A model generated the notes under the pieces. It did no database searches and was not told the origin of the DNA. It worked only from the letters and a program-made list of their open reading frames with translations. 64,000 nt of DNA from an uncultured SAR86 cluster bacterium (lineage in GTDB: Bacteria; Pseudomonadota; Gammaproteobacteria; Magnimaribacterales; AG-339-G14), in assembly GCA_902604535.1 (NCBI GenBank), contig CACKZK010000006.1, positions 789 to 64,788 of the forward strand, given 5' to 3'. Both the position numbers and the translations under genes were made by a program. Every line of letters begins with the position of its first letter. Position 1 is the stretch's first letter. Of the stretch, positions 10,544 to 17,779 are shown in pieces.

Positions 10544-10933
10544 ATGTTTAGTCATGTCATGGTAGGAGCAAACGATATAGAGAAATCAAAGTTGTTTTAC
10601 GATAAAGTTTTGGGTGTTTTAGGCGCCGATGAAGGAAGATTATTTCCAAACTTAACAGGTCAAATAAGATATTTCTATTTCTTAGATGGAATGACCTTTT
10701 GTATTTCTGAGCCTATAGATGATAAGCCAGCTACTTCAGCAAATGGATCCACTATCGGTTTTAATGTTAAAAATGTAGCCATGGGAGATAAATGGCATAA
10801 AGCTGGAGTAGAGAATGGTGGAGAATCAATTGAAGATCCTCCTGGAATAAGACAATACGATGAGATTAAAATTTATTTAGCTTATTTAAGGGATCCTTCA
10901 GGAAATAAGCTATGTGCAATTAAAAAGCTATAA
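10544..10933 (+). CDS. VOC (glyoxalase/bleomycin-resistance) family protein
   Basis: Single VOC module. The ATG at 10544 gives the typical MFSHVMVGAND N-terminus; the track start 10529 overlaps rbsK. Confidence 0.75.
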   Translation: MFSHVMVGANDIEKSKLFYDKVLGVLGADEGRLFPNLTGQIRYFYFLDGMTFCISEPIDDKPATSANGSTIGFNVKNVAMGDKWHKAGVENGGESIEDPPGIRQYDEIKIYLAYLRDPSGNKLCAIKKL

Positions 10934-11032
10934 GTAATTAAATATAAAAACTGACATACAGGGTGTTTATATAAATTCTGGATCTATAAAAGTTGAACTA
11001 AATAATCAAAATTTTTTTTGGATGCTATCTTT

Positions 11033-11782
11033 ATGAAAAATATTTTATTTAAGTTAGTTTTACTTTTTCTGATTATAAGTTGCTCTGATGATGGATTTAT
11101 AAACAAAGATAAAGAAATAAATCTAGAACAACTAAAATCAACTAATGATGTTTTTGAAGCTGGCCTAAAATTGATGGCAATGCCCAAAGGTCTTCATGAC
11201 TTAGAGGTTAATGATGATAATCAGAAAACTTTATTTATCTCAGTCCATGGCAATAACAGTAGGGGATATGAATGGATATATCCTCTTCAAGTTATAAATA
11301 ACAAGATAAACTTAATCACTTTTTTTAGATGGGATGATAACTCATGTGTTAGTCCTTCAGTTAAATTTCTCAATGACCTGATACAAGATAAATTGAGCGA
11401 TAATAAGAATATCCAAAAAGTAATTTTATTTGGCCATAGTTATGGTGGATTATTAGTTGTATCTTTTATGGAGCAATGGACAGGCGAATTACCTTTGGAA
11501 GTCCATACAATTGCAGCACCACTAAAAGGTCTCGGAAGTCTATCAGTTGCATGCAATTATAGAGCGCCAGAGCAAGTACCTAAAAAATCTTCTCTTTTTG
11601 AATGGAGAACAATTCATAAATTAGATGGTGCTTTTCAGGATTTAAATTATGATCCTCAAAATGTTGAGATTAAAGGAAGCAACATTATAAGACTTCCTGA
11701 AAAGTATAAAAATAATAAACTGGGACATAATTGGTCCATAAGCTGGGTAGCAGATAATTTTAAGCAGGATATAAAGAGATGA
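11033..11782 (+). CDS. Lipoprotein, alpha/beta-hydrolase (lipase/esterase-like)
   Basis: Lipobox LIISC after a signal peptide when started at ATG 11033. Nucleophile elbow GHSYGG. Confidence 0.65.
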   Translation: MKNILFKLVLLFLIISCSDDGFINKDKEINLEQLKSTNDVFEAGLKLMAMPKGLHDLEVNDDNQKTLFISVHGNNSRGYEWIYPLQVINNKINLITFFRWDDNSCVSPSVKFLNDLIQDKLSDNKNIQKVILFGHSYGGLLVVSFMEQWTGELPLEVHTIAAPLKGLGSLSVACNYRAPEQVPKKSSLFEWRTIHKLDGAFQDLNYDPQNVEIKGSNIIRLPEKYKNNKLGHNWSISWVADNFKQDIKR

Positions 11783-12435
11783 ATTTATTAGCTGGAGCAA
11801 CAGGATTCTTAGGAAATGAAATTCTTAACGAATTAGGTCTTTTAGGAGATCAGACTTTGGTCTTGACTAGAAGAAAGATGGATACCTTACCAAAGAACAC
11901 TGACCAACTGATTATAGATTTTAATAAAATTTTAGAATTAGAACTTCCACAAATAGATCATGTCTTTCTTTCTATAGGATTTCCACTTTTCTTTCATAAT
12001 GTAATGGGGTTCATGAATAAAAATCATAAGAAAGGTTTATTTCTGGTAGATTTAACTTATCAACTTGAAATGGCAAAAATGGCGAAAGAAGCAGGAGCTA
12101 AAGATATATCGATTATTTCGGCTGTTGGTGCTAATTCTCAATCGTGGAATTATTATTTAAAAATTAAAGGAATGGTTGAGAAAGAATTAATTGATATTGG
12201 ATTTGATAGTACAAATATATTTCAGCCTGGACACTTGAGAGGGAATAAATATCGATTTGATATTCTTTTAGCCGATATGTTTTCAATACTTTTTGATCCT
12301 TTTTTACACGGACCACTTAAAAAGTTTAGGAGCATCCCAGCTAAAGCAGTTGCAAAGCAAGTGGTTAATAATTCTTTGAAGAGCGAACCTGGAATCAATT
12401 ACTTTAATTTCACAGATTTCCAATCTTGGAGATAA
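11779..12435 (+). CDS. NAD(P)H-binding (atypical SDR/NmrA-HTATIP2-like) protein
   Basis: N-terminal GATGFLG dinucleotide-binding motif. About 218 aa. Confidence 0.65.
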   Translation: MNLLAGATGFLGNEILNELGLLGDQTLVLTRRKMDTLPKNTDQLIIDFNKILELELPQIDHVFLSIGFPLFFHNVMGFMNKNHKKGLFLVDLTYQLEMAKMAKEAGAKDISIISAVGANSQSWNYYLKIKGMVEKELIDIGFDSTNIFQPGHLRGNKYRFDILLADMFSILFDPFLHGPLKKFRSIPAKAVAKQVVNNSLKSEPGINYFNFTDFQSWR

Positions 12436-12436
12436 T

Positions 12437-12802
12437 ATGCAAAAAAATATATTCAATGAAGATATAGAAGAATGTTGTACAAATCCAATAACAGGTTTCT
12501 ATAGAGATGGATTTTGTAATACAGATAAATTAGATTTTGGAACACACACTGTTTGTACATTAATAACAAATGATTTTTTAGAATTCTCAAAAAGTATGGG
12601 AAACGATTTATCTACTCCGAGGCCTGAATTTGATTTCCCAGGATTAAAAGAAGGCGATAAGTGGTGTGTTTGTGCAAATAGATGGCTTGAAGCTTATGAG
12701 AACGGAAAAGCACCTATGGTCTATCTGAGAAAAAGTCATCAAAAATCTATTTCAATAATTGACCTAGAGATTTTAAAAAAATATGCAATTGACCTTGAAT
12801 AA
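12437..12802 (+). CDS. DUF2237 family protein
   Basis: CTNPITGFYRDGFC, GTHTVC and WCVCANRW Cys-rich pattern characteristic of DUF2237. Confidence 0.75.
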   Translation: MQKNIFNEDIEECCTNPITGFYRDGFCNTDKLDFGTHTVCTLITNDFLEFSKSMGNDLSTPRPEFDFPGLKEGDKWCVCANRWLEAYENGKAPMVYLRKSHQKSISIIDLEILKKYAIDLE

Positions 12803-12820
12803 ACTTAATTTAAAAAGCAG

Positions 12821-12991
12821 ATGAATGAGAAATTATTAGAGATATTAGTTTGTCCTCTTACTAGAGGTAAATTAATTTTAAGGAATGATGAACTTATCAG
12901 CAGAGAAGCTAAACTTGCTTATCCAATTCGCGACGGAATACCCATTTTGGTTATAAGCGAAGCTAGAGAAATTCTTGATAAAGATCTTTAA
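12821..12991 (+). CDS. ycaR: Trm112/YcaR (UPF0434) family small protein, 56 aa
   Basis: Not in the ORF track because it is under 60 aa. My translation is [56 protein letters not shown]. The LLEILVCP and [11 protein letters not shown] motifs are the family hallmarks. Confidence 0.85.
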   Translation: MNEKLLEILVCPLTRGKLILRNDELISREAKLAYPIRDGIPILVISEAREILDKDL

Positions 12992-13144
12992 TTTATTTTT
13001 TTATTGAATTCAATATTAAACAACTACGTCAAAAATAATCTTTTGGTGATCATTTAATTTAATAAAAAACCAGGATATAAAAATCTCTCCGAAGTAAAAT
13101 CTTTTATCGATCTGAAACTCATATAGAATAGGCAAACTCAAAAA

Positions 13145-13236
13145 GGAGGGGTGGCAGAGTCTGGTTGAATGCACTGGTCTTGAAAACCAGCAGGTCAGAA
13201 ATGGCCTCGTGGGTTCGAATCCCACCCCCTCCGCCA
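13145..13236 (+). tRNA. tRNA-Ser (anticodon UGA), CCA encoded
   Basis: The cloverleaf can be drawn directly: acceptor GGAGGGG/CCCCUCC, anticodon arm CUGGU-CUUGAAA-ACCAG, long variable arm, T arm GUGGG-UUCGAAU-CCCAC, discriminator G and CCA. Near-collinear with E. coli tRNA-Ser(UGA). Confidence 0.97.
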
Positions 13237-13243
13237 TATAAAA

Positions 13244-13774
13244 ATGAATATTTGTGTCTTTTTAGGTTCATCGATTGGTAAGGATCCTCTTTATGCCGAA
13301 ACAGCCTTTGAATTAGGTAAAAAAATTGCAATCTCAAAGCATAAACTTGTTTATGGTGGAGGAGGATTAGGATTAATGAATGAACTTGCAAATGGCTGTC
13401 TTTCAGAAGGAGGTGACGTTTATGGCATTATTACTGAGAGATTACTTGACATGGAAGCTGGCCATGAAGGTATTAAAGAATTAAAAATAGTTAAAACTAT
13501 GCATGAAAGGAAAAAACTCATGTCTGATGCTGCTGATTGTTTCATTTTGTTACCGGGAGGAGTTGGATCATATGAAGAAATCTTTGAAATCATGGCATGG
13601 AATCAACTTCAAATTATTGAAAAACCAATTTTTATTTTAAATACGAATGGTTTTTATGATTCTTTAAAGAGATTTCTTGATCATGCAAAAGATGAAGGTT
13701 TTTTTAACGTAAAAACATTCAATATGTTCAACTTATATGACTCAATTGAAGAAATTTTATCTAAAATTGATTAA
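13244..13774 (+). CDS. LOG family protein (TIGR00730; nucleotide 5'-monophosphate nucleosidase / cytokinin riboside 5'-monophosphate phosphoribohydrolase-like)
   Basis: N-terminal ICVFLGSS, GGGGLGLM and PGGVGSYEE motifs. The conserved N-terminus forces the ATG at 13244. Confidence 0.88.
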   Translation: MNICVFLGSSIGKDPLYAETAFELGKKIAISKHKLVYGGGGLGLMNELANGCLSEGGDVYGIITERLLDMEAGHEGIKELKIVKTMHERKKLMSDAADCFILLPGGVGSYEEIFEIMAWNQLQIIEKPIFILNTNGFYDSLKRFLDHAKDEGFFNVKTFNMFNLYDSIEEILSKID

Positions 13775-13862
13775 AAATTAACCAATTTGTTGATTTATTT
13801 AATAAATAAATATAAAAAATTTTTTTAATAATAAATTAATCTTAAAAAGTGCATTACGGGTA

Positions 13863-14056
13863 TTGAATCAATCAAAAAAATCATTAGTATAAGTATCAGT
13901 CTTTTAACAAAACTTAACTAACTCGAGACGGTCAAGTAGAAGTAAAAGATGAGAAGAAGAAGGGTGAGAAGAACTGGGGAAACTCAGCCACTTACAGGGA
14001 GAAGGGTCAATCGCCTGTATCAGTAGAACCCACTGAACCCCTTCAACTTCGATAAA
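13863..14056 (+). promoter_or_regulatory. Candidate promoter plus structured purine-rich leader RNA upstream of trpS (family unknown)
   Basis: TTGAAT (13863-13868) and TAGTAT/TATAAG (13885-13893) lie downstream of a 48-nt pure A/T tract. Helices drawn by eye: GNRA hairpin 13974-13987, hairpin 13993-14019, and long-range 13953-13964 with 14039-14050. No experimental or covariation support. Confidence 0.4.
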
Positions 14057-14082
14057 ACACCACTTTTGTGGTGTTTTTTTTT
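14057..14082 (+). terminator. Rho-independent terminator/attenuator hairpin immediately upstream of trpS
   Basis: ACACCAC-UUUU-GUGGUGU perfect 7-bp stem followed by 8 U. It ends 11 nt before the trpS ATG. Confidence 0.8.
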
Positions 14083-14093
14083 ATACTTACAAT

Positions 14094-15077
14094 ATGAATT
14101 CTTCGCTCACAGGCATAACAACTACAGGTACGCCTCATTTGGGTAATTATGTTGGAGCTATTAAACCCGCTATAAAATTAAGCAAAAAATTTAAATCCTA
14201 TCTTTTCCTGGCAGATTATCATTCTTTAATTAAAGTAAATGATCCCATCGCCATAAAAGAATCATCTTTGAAGATAGCTGCAACTTGGTTGGCTTGTGGG
14301 CTTGATAGTAATAGCACTCTTTTTTATAGACAATCCAAAGTTCCACAAATATTGGAATTAAACTGGATTCTATCGTGCATGGCGCCGAAAGGACTCCTTA
14401 ACAGGGCACATGCATACAAAGCAGCGGTTGATCTAAATAAAGAAAATACAAACGACGAGGACTTTGGTATATCTCATGGTTTATTTAGTTATCCGGTACT
14501 AATGACCGCAGATATTTTAATGTTCAATCCAAAATTTGTACCGGTTGGAAAAGATCAGAAACAACATCTAGAAATTACTCGCGATATTGCTGAAAAATTT
14601 AATAAAACTTATGAAAACTTTTTTCAATTACCCGAACCTATTATTGATGAATCGCTTGAATTATTGATTGGCACTGATGGAAGAAAAATGAGTAAAAGCT
14701 ACAAGAACTCAATTGATTTATTTTCCTCAGAAAAAGAATTACAAAAATCAATTAACAAAATAAAAACAGATTCAAAAGAACCCGGTGAAAAAAAAGAAAC
14801 TCAAGATTCGATTATTTTTCAATACTTCAATCATTTCTGTGATGAGGAAGAAATGAAAGAGATAAAAAAAGATTTTGAAGATGGAATTGGTTGGGGAGAT
14901 GCTAAGAAAAAACTATTTTTTAAAATTAATAATGAAATAGGACCTCTCAGAGATAAATATTTAAAATTTATAGATAACCCAAAATTAGTAGAGGAAACCT
15001 TAGAAGCGGGAGAGGTTAAGGCAAGAGAAGAGGCTAAGGAAAATTTAAATCTAATAAAGCAAAAAATTGGAATTTAA
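14094..15077 (+). CDS. trpS: Tryptophan--tRNA ligase
   Basis: Class Ic synthetase with a HIGH-type motif (TGTPHLGNYVG), GKDQKQHLE and KMSKS. Normal length of 327 aa. Confidence 0.95.
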   Translation: MNSSLTGITTTGTPHLGNYVGAIKPAIKLSKKFKSYLFLADYHSLIKVNDPIAIKESSLKIAATWLACGLDSNSTLFYRQSKVPQILELNWILSCMAPKGLLNRAHAYKAAVDLNKENTNDEDFGISHGLFSYPVLMTADILMFNPKFVPVGKDQKQHLEITRDIAEKFNKTYENFFQLPEPIIDESLELLIGTDGRKMSKSYKNSIDLFSSEKELQKSINKIKTDSKEPGEKKETQDSIIFQYFNHFCDEEEMKEIKKDFEDGIGWGDAKKKLFFKINNEIGPLRDKYLKFIDNPKLVEETLEAGEVKAREEAKENLNLIKQKIGI

Positions 15078-15633
15078 AAAAGGAAAAGAATCAGCGACTT
15101 TAAAAAGTATTGAACTACTTTTAAACGGTACTGACTATTTGAGACTAGGTACCAACTTTCAATGTTTAATATCTTTCTATTCAATAAATGATAATAAATC
15201 TTATTCATCAAAAGAACTGCTCCAAATATATAAGAGAAGTACTTTTTTTAATTTTCAATTAACCGGAAATTTTTTTAATTATCTTCCAAAATATCACGGA
15301 CCTTTTCTTTCAAAAAATATTCAATTGGAAAATTACCTTGAAATACCTCCTAATAATTCTTTTTTAAAATCACTAGATTTAGTTGTTCATTCTAAAACAA
15401 AATATGAAAACGTCATTCATAAAGAGGCAATTGGAAAATTTTACGAAAAGGTAAATAAAATTTATTCAGACTGTTATAAGTTCTTATATTTAGAAAATTC
15501 TGAATCATTTAAAGACATTAAACCAATTGAATATGAACATGAGTGGTCTCATGCTCTGGTTTCTTATGATGAGTTTCTTTGCTTTTCTCACAGCAAGAAT
15601 TCTTTTTTCCTTATCTCTTTAGCTAGAGATTAA
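15067..15633 (+). CDS. Hypothetical protein (no family recognised; no ATG codon anywhere in the ORF)
   Basis: A 188-codon open frame in AT-rich DNA is very unlikely by chance. The only candidate starts are non-ATG (TTG 15067, overlapping the trpS stop by 11 nt, or a downstream TTG). Confidence 0.5.
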   Translation: MEFKKGKESATLKSIELLLNGTDYLRLGTNFQCLISFYSINDNKSYSSKELLQIYKRSTFFNFQLTGNFFNYLPKYHGPFLSKNIQLENYLEIPPNNSFLKSLDLVVHSKTKYENVIHKEAIGKFYEKVNKIYSDCYKFLYLENSESFKDIKPIEYEHEWSHALVSYDEFLCFSHSKNSFFLISLARD

Positions 15634-15640
15634 TAAACCT

Positions 15641-16870
15641 ATGCAATCGAATAACAACGCACCTCGATCAATATGGTTATTGGCAATCGCTTTGGCATTT
15701 GTTGGTGCAGGGCAATCAACAATGTTTATTTTAATTCCTCCTGAAGTTAGAAATTTAGGGTTTAATGAATTCCAAGTAGGTTTAATTTTCTCTATTTCTG
15801 CAGTAGCTTGGATGATTTCCAGTCCACTTTGGGGTGATTTAAGTGATAAATTTGGAAGACACTGGATCTTTTTAATTGGAATGATCGGATTTGCAATCTC
15901 TCTTATTTTGATAACAACATTAATAGAATCTGCAAGACAATTAATTATTCCTCTCTATCTCGTACTTCCCTTATTAATTTTAACAAGACTAATTAATGGA
16001 CTTTTTGGTAGCGCCGTTCGACCAGCGGCAGGTGGCAGAATAGCAGATATTACTACACCTGAATTACGGACAGCTGGATTTGCTCGTTTTGATGCAGGCT
16101 GGCAATTTGGTGTGATTGTAGGTCCAATTTTTGTTGGATTAATACTATGGCTTAGTGATGGAGACTTCTCGCTTCCATTCTTAATCATTGGTCTTGCTGG
16201 CTTGATTGCAGGATATATGAATTTTAGATTAATGAAGAACTCACATGTTGATACAGACGTCGATATAACAGTAAAAAAAATAAATTATTTAGATGAAAGA
16301 ATTTGGCCATCGATGTTCGTTGCCGCTTTTATGGGTATGTCGAATGCAACCATGGTGCTTACAGCATCTCTTTATTTTCAAGATTTAAGTCCTGAAATTG
16401 AGAATATTTATCCTTACGTTGCATTTGGTTTTTCGTTGATAGCAATATCAGGTCTTTTAACTCAATTATTTTTAGTTGATAGATTAAGACTTTCTCCTTA
16501 TCTATTATTAAGAGCAGGACCATTGATAATGTTAGTTTCATTTTTAGGAATAGCGTTTGCGCCAAGTATTTACGTTTTGTTTGTATATCTGACTTTACAT
16601 GGAGTGGGTTCAGCTCTCACACGATCTGGAAATGTAGCGCAACTGTCTTTATCGGTAAATAAAAATGAACAGGGTTTAATAAACGGGTTATTAGGAGGTG
16701 TAATGCCATTAGGTCATCTTCTAACACCTATCATAACCATGCCTTTGTATATGATTGCTCCAAATTATCCTTTTATATTTATTGCCATTCTATCTGTACT
16801 CATTATCATGTTTATTAACTTGTCTAAAAAATTTACTAACAAGCTTCATACGGGAGAAATTAATGTTTGA
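15641..16870 (+). CDS. MFS transporter
   Basis: About 12 predicted TM segments. MFS loop 2-3 motif (GDLSDKFGRH). Confidence 0.85.
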   Translation: MQSNNNAPRSIWLLAIALAFVGAGQSTMFILIPPEVRNLGFNEFQVGLIFSISAVAWMISSPLWGDLSDKFGRHWIFLIGMIGFAISLILITTLIESARQLIIPLYLVLPLLILTRLINGLFGSAVRPAAGGRIADITTPELRTAGFARFDAGWQFGVIVGPIFVGLILWLSDGDFSLPFLIIGLAGLIAGYMNFRLMKNSHVDTDVDITVKKINYLDERIWPSMFVAAFMGMSNATMVLTASLYFQDLSPEIENIYPYVAFGFSLIAISGLLTQLFLVDRLRLSPYLLLRAGPLIMLVSFLGIAFAPSIYVLFVYLTLHGVGSALTRSGNVAQLSLSVNKNEQGLINGLLGGVMPLGHLLTPIITMPLYMIAPNYPFIFIAILSVLIIMFINLSKKFTNKLHTGEINV

Positions 16871-17756
16871 CAAAAATGTATTAAAGGGAAAAAGAATCTT
16901 AGTAACCGGAGGTGGATCGGGTCTAGGTAAAGAAATGACTAGACACTTCGTCAAGCATGGAGCAGAAGTTTATATTTGTGGTAGAAGGGAAAACGTTCTT
17001 AAGGATACTGCTGATGAAATTATGTCTGAGCACGGTGGAAAAGTTAATTATTTTCCACTTGATATTAGAGACGCAATGTCAATTGAAGAAAATATTGAAA
17101 ATGTTTTTAACGAAGGACCACTAGATGGGCTAGTAAACAACGCTGCTGGAAATTTTATTTCAAGAACTAAAGATTTATCACCAAATGGTTTTAATGCAAT
17201 TGCATCAATTGTCTTTCACGGTACTTTCTACATTACTAATGCTGTCGGTAAAAGATGGTTAGAACTTGGCCATAAAGGTAGTATTGTCTCGATCCTAGCA
17301 ACATGGGTTTGGACCGGGTCACCGTTTGTTGTTCCATCTGCAATGTCAAAGTCTGGGATTAATGCCATGACAAAGTCATTAGCAGTAGAGTGGGGACCTC
17401 ACGGTATAAGATTAAACTCAATCGCTCCAGGTCCGTTTCCAACAGAAGGAGCTTGGGCAAGGTTGATGCCTCAAACCGGGGACAAAAAATCTGATATTTC
17501 TGAGGATGCTGAAAGAAGTAATGTTCCATTAGGAAGAGTAGGAAAAATGGATGAACTTGGGAATTTAGCAACTTTCTTAATGGCAGATGGCTGTGAATAC
17601 CTTACAGGTCAAACTATAGCTATTGATGGAGCACAATACATTACCGGCGGGGGAACTTTTTCGATGATGAGCTCTTTTAAGGATGAAGATTGGGAAGCAA
17701 TCAAAAGTACAATAAAAGGCTCTAACGAGAAAGACAAAAAACAAAGAACTGTTTAG
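16863..17756 (+). CDS. SDR-family oxidoreductase, 2,4-dienoyl-CoA reductase (DECR2)-like
   Basis: VTGGGSGLGKEM, NNAAGNF, and a SKSG..K active-site region lacking the classical Tyr, as in DECR-type enzymes. ATG 16863 (ATGTTTGA overlap with the MFS stop) preferred over track start 16755. Confidence 0.8.
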   Translation: MFDKNVLKGKRILVTGGGSGLGKEMTRHFVKHGAEVYICGRRENVLKDTADEIMSEHGGKVNYFPLDIRDAMSIEENIENVFNEGPLDGLVNNAAGNFISRTKDLSPNGFNAIASIVFHGTFYITNAVGKRWLELGHKGSIVSILATWVWTGSPFVVPSAMSKSGINAMTKSLAVEWGPHGIRLNSIAPGPFPTEGAWARLMPQTGDKKSDISEDAERSNVPLGRVGKMDELGNLATFLMADGCEYLTGQTIAIDGAQYITGGGTFSMMSSFKDEDWEAIKSTIKGSNEKDKKQRTV

Positions 17757-17779
17757 AATTGTGATGCACAGGAGGAAAT

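Noticed and set aside
13002-13015. Perfect 14-bp palindrome TATTGAATTCAATA downstream of the ycaR-like gene (possible operator or terminator)
   Set aside because: It is all-AT apart from the central GAATTC. Palindromes of this size are expected many times by chance in 64 kb of one-third-GC DNA. It has no loop, so it is a poor hairpin, and there is no second copy.
13016-13391. Two minus-strand track ORFs (73 and 90 aa) across the tRNA-Ser region
   Set aside because: They are the antisense reading of the GC-rich tRNA gene and the 5' end of the LOG gene. The tRNA and LOG calls fully explain the region.
13949-14026. 25-codon mini-ORF inside the trpS leader (MRRRRVRRTGETQPLTGRRVNRLYQ), a possible leader peptide
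   Set aside because: It contains no Trp codons, so it cannot sense Trp-tRNA in the classical way. There is no convincing SD. The Arg-rich composition is just the AGA/AGG reading of a purine-rich RNA. The only UGG in the leader lies in another frame that has no start codon.
13145-14050. tRNA-Ser as an integration site, with a degenerate repeat of its 3' end (GAACCCAC..CCCCUUC at 14026-14044 versus GAAUCCCACCCCCUCC in the tRNA)
   Set aside because: The similarity is short and gapped. No integrase or other mobile gene is present. The putative island would contain only one 176-aa housekeeping-type gene of the same composition as its surroundings.
13900-14082. T-box riboswitch upstream of an aminoacyl-tRNA synthetase gene
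   Set aside because: I cannot find the conserved T-box sequence (..AGGGUGGUACCGCG..), the AGAGA/GNUGNNA stem I motifs, or a specifier loop presenting UGG. Only a short AGGGUG resemblance exists. T-boxes are also rare in Proteobacteria.
16755-16862. 108-nt upstream extension of the SDR ORF, and similar N-terminal extensions at 8530, 10529, 11018, 28479, 35963 and 4548
   Set aside because: The extensions overlap the preceding gene or add non-conserved residues. In-frame ATGs further downstream give canonical family N-termini, signal peptides or SD sequences.
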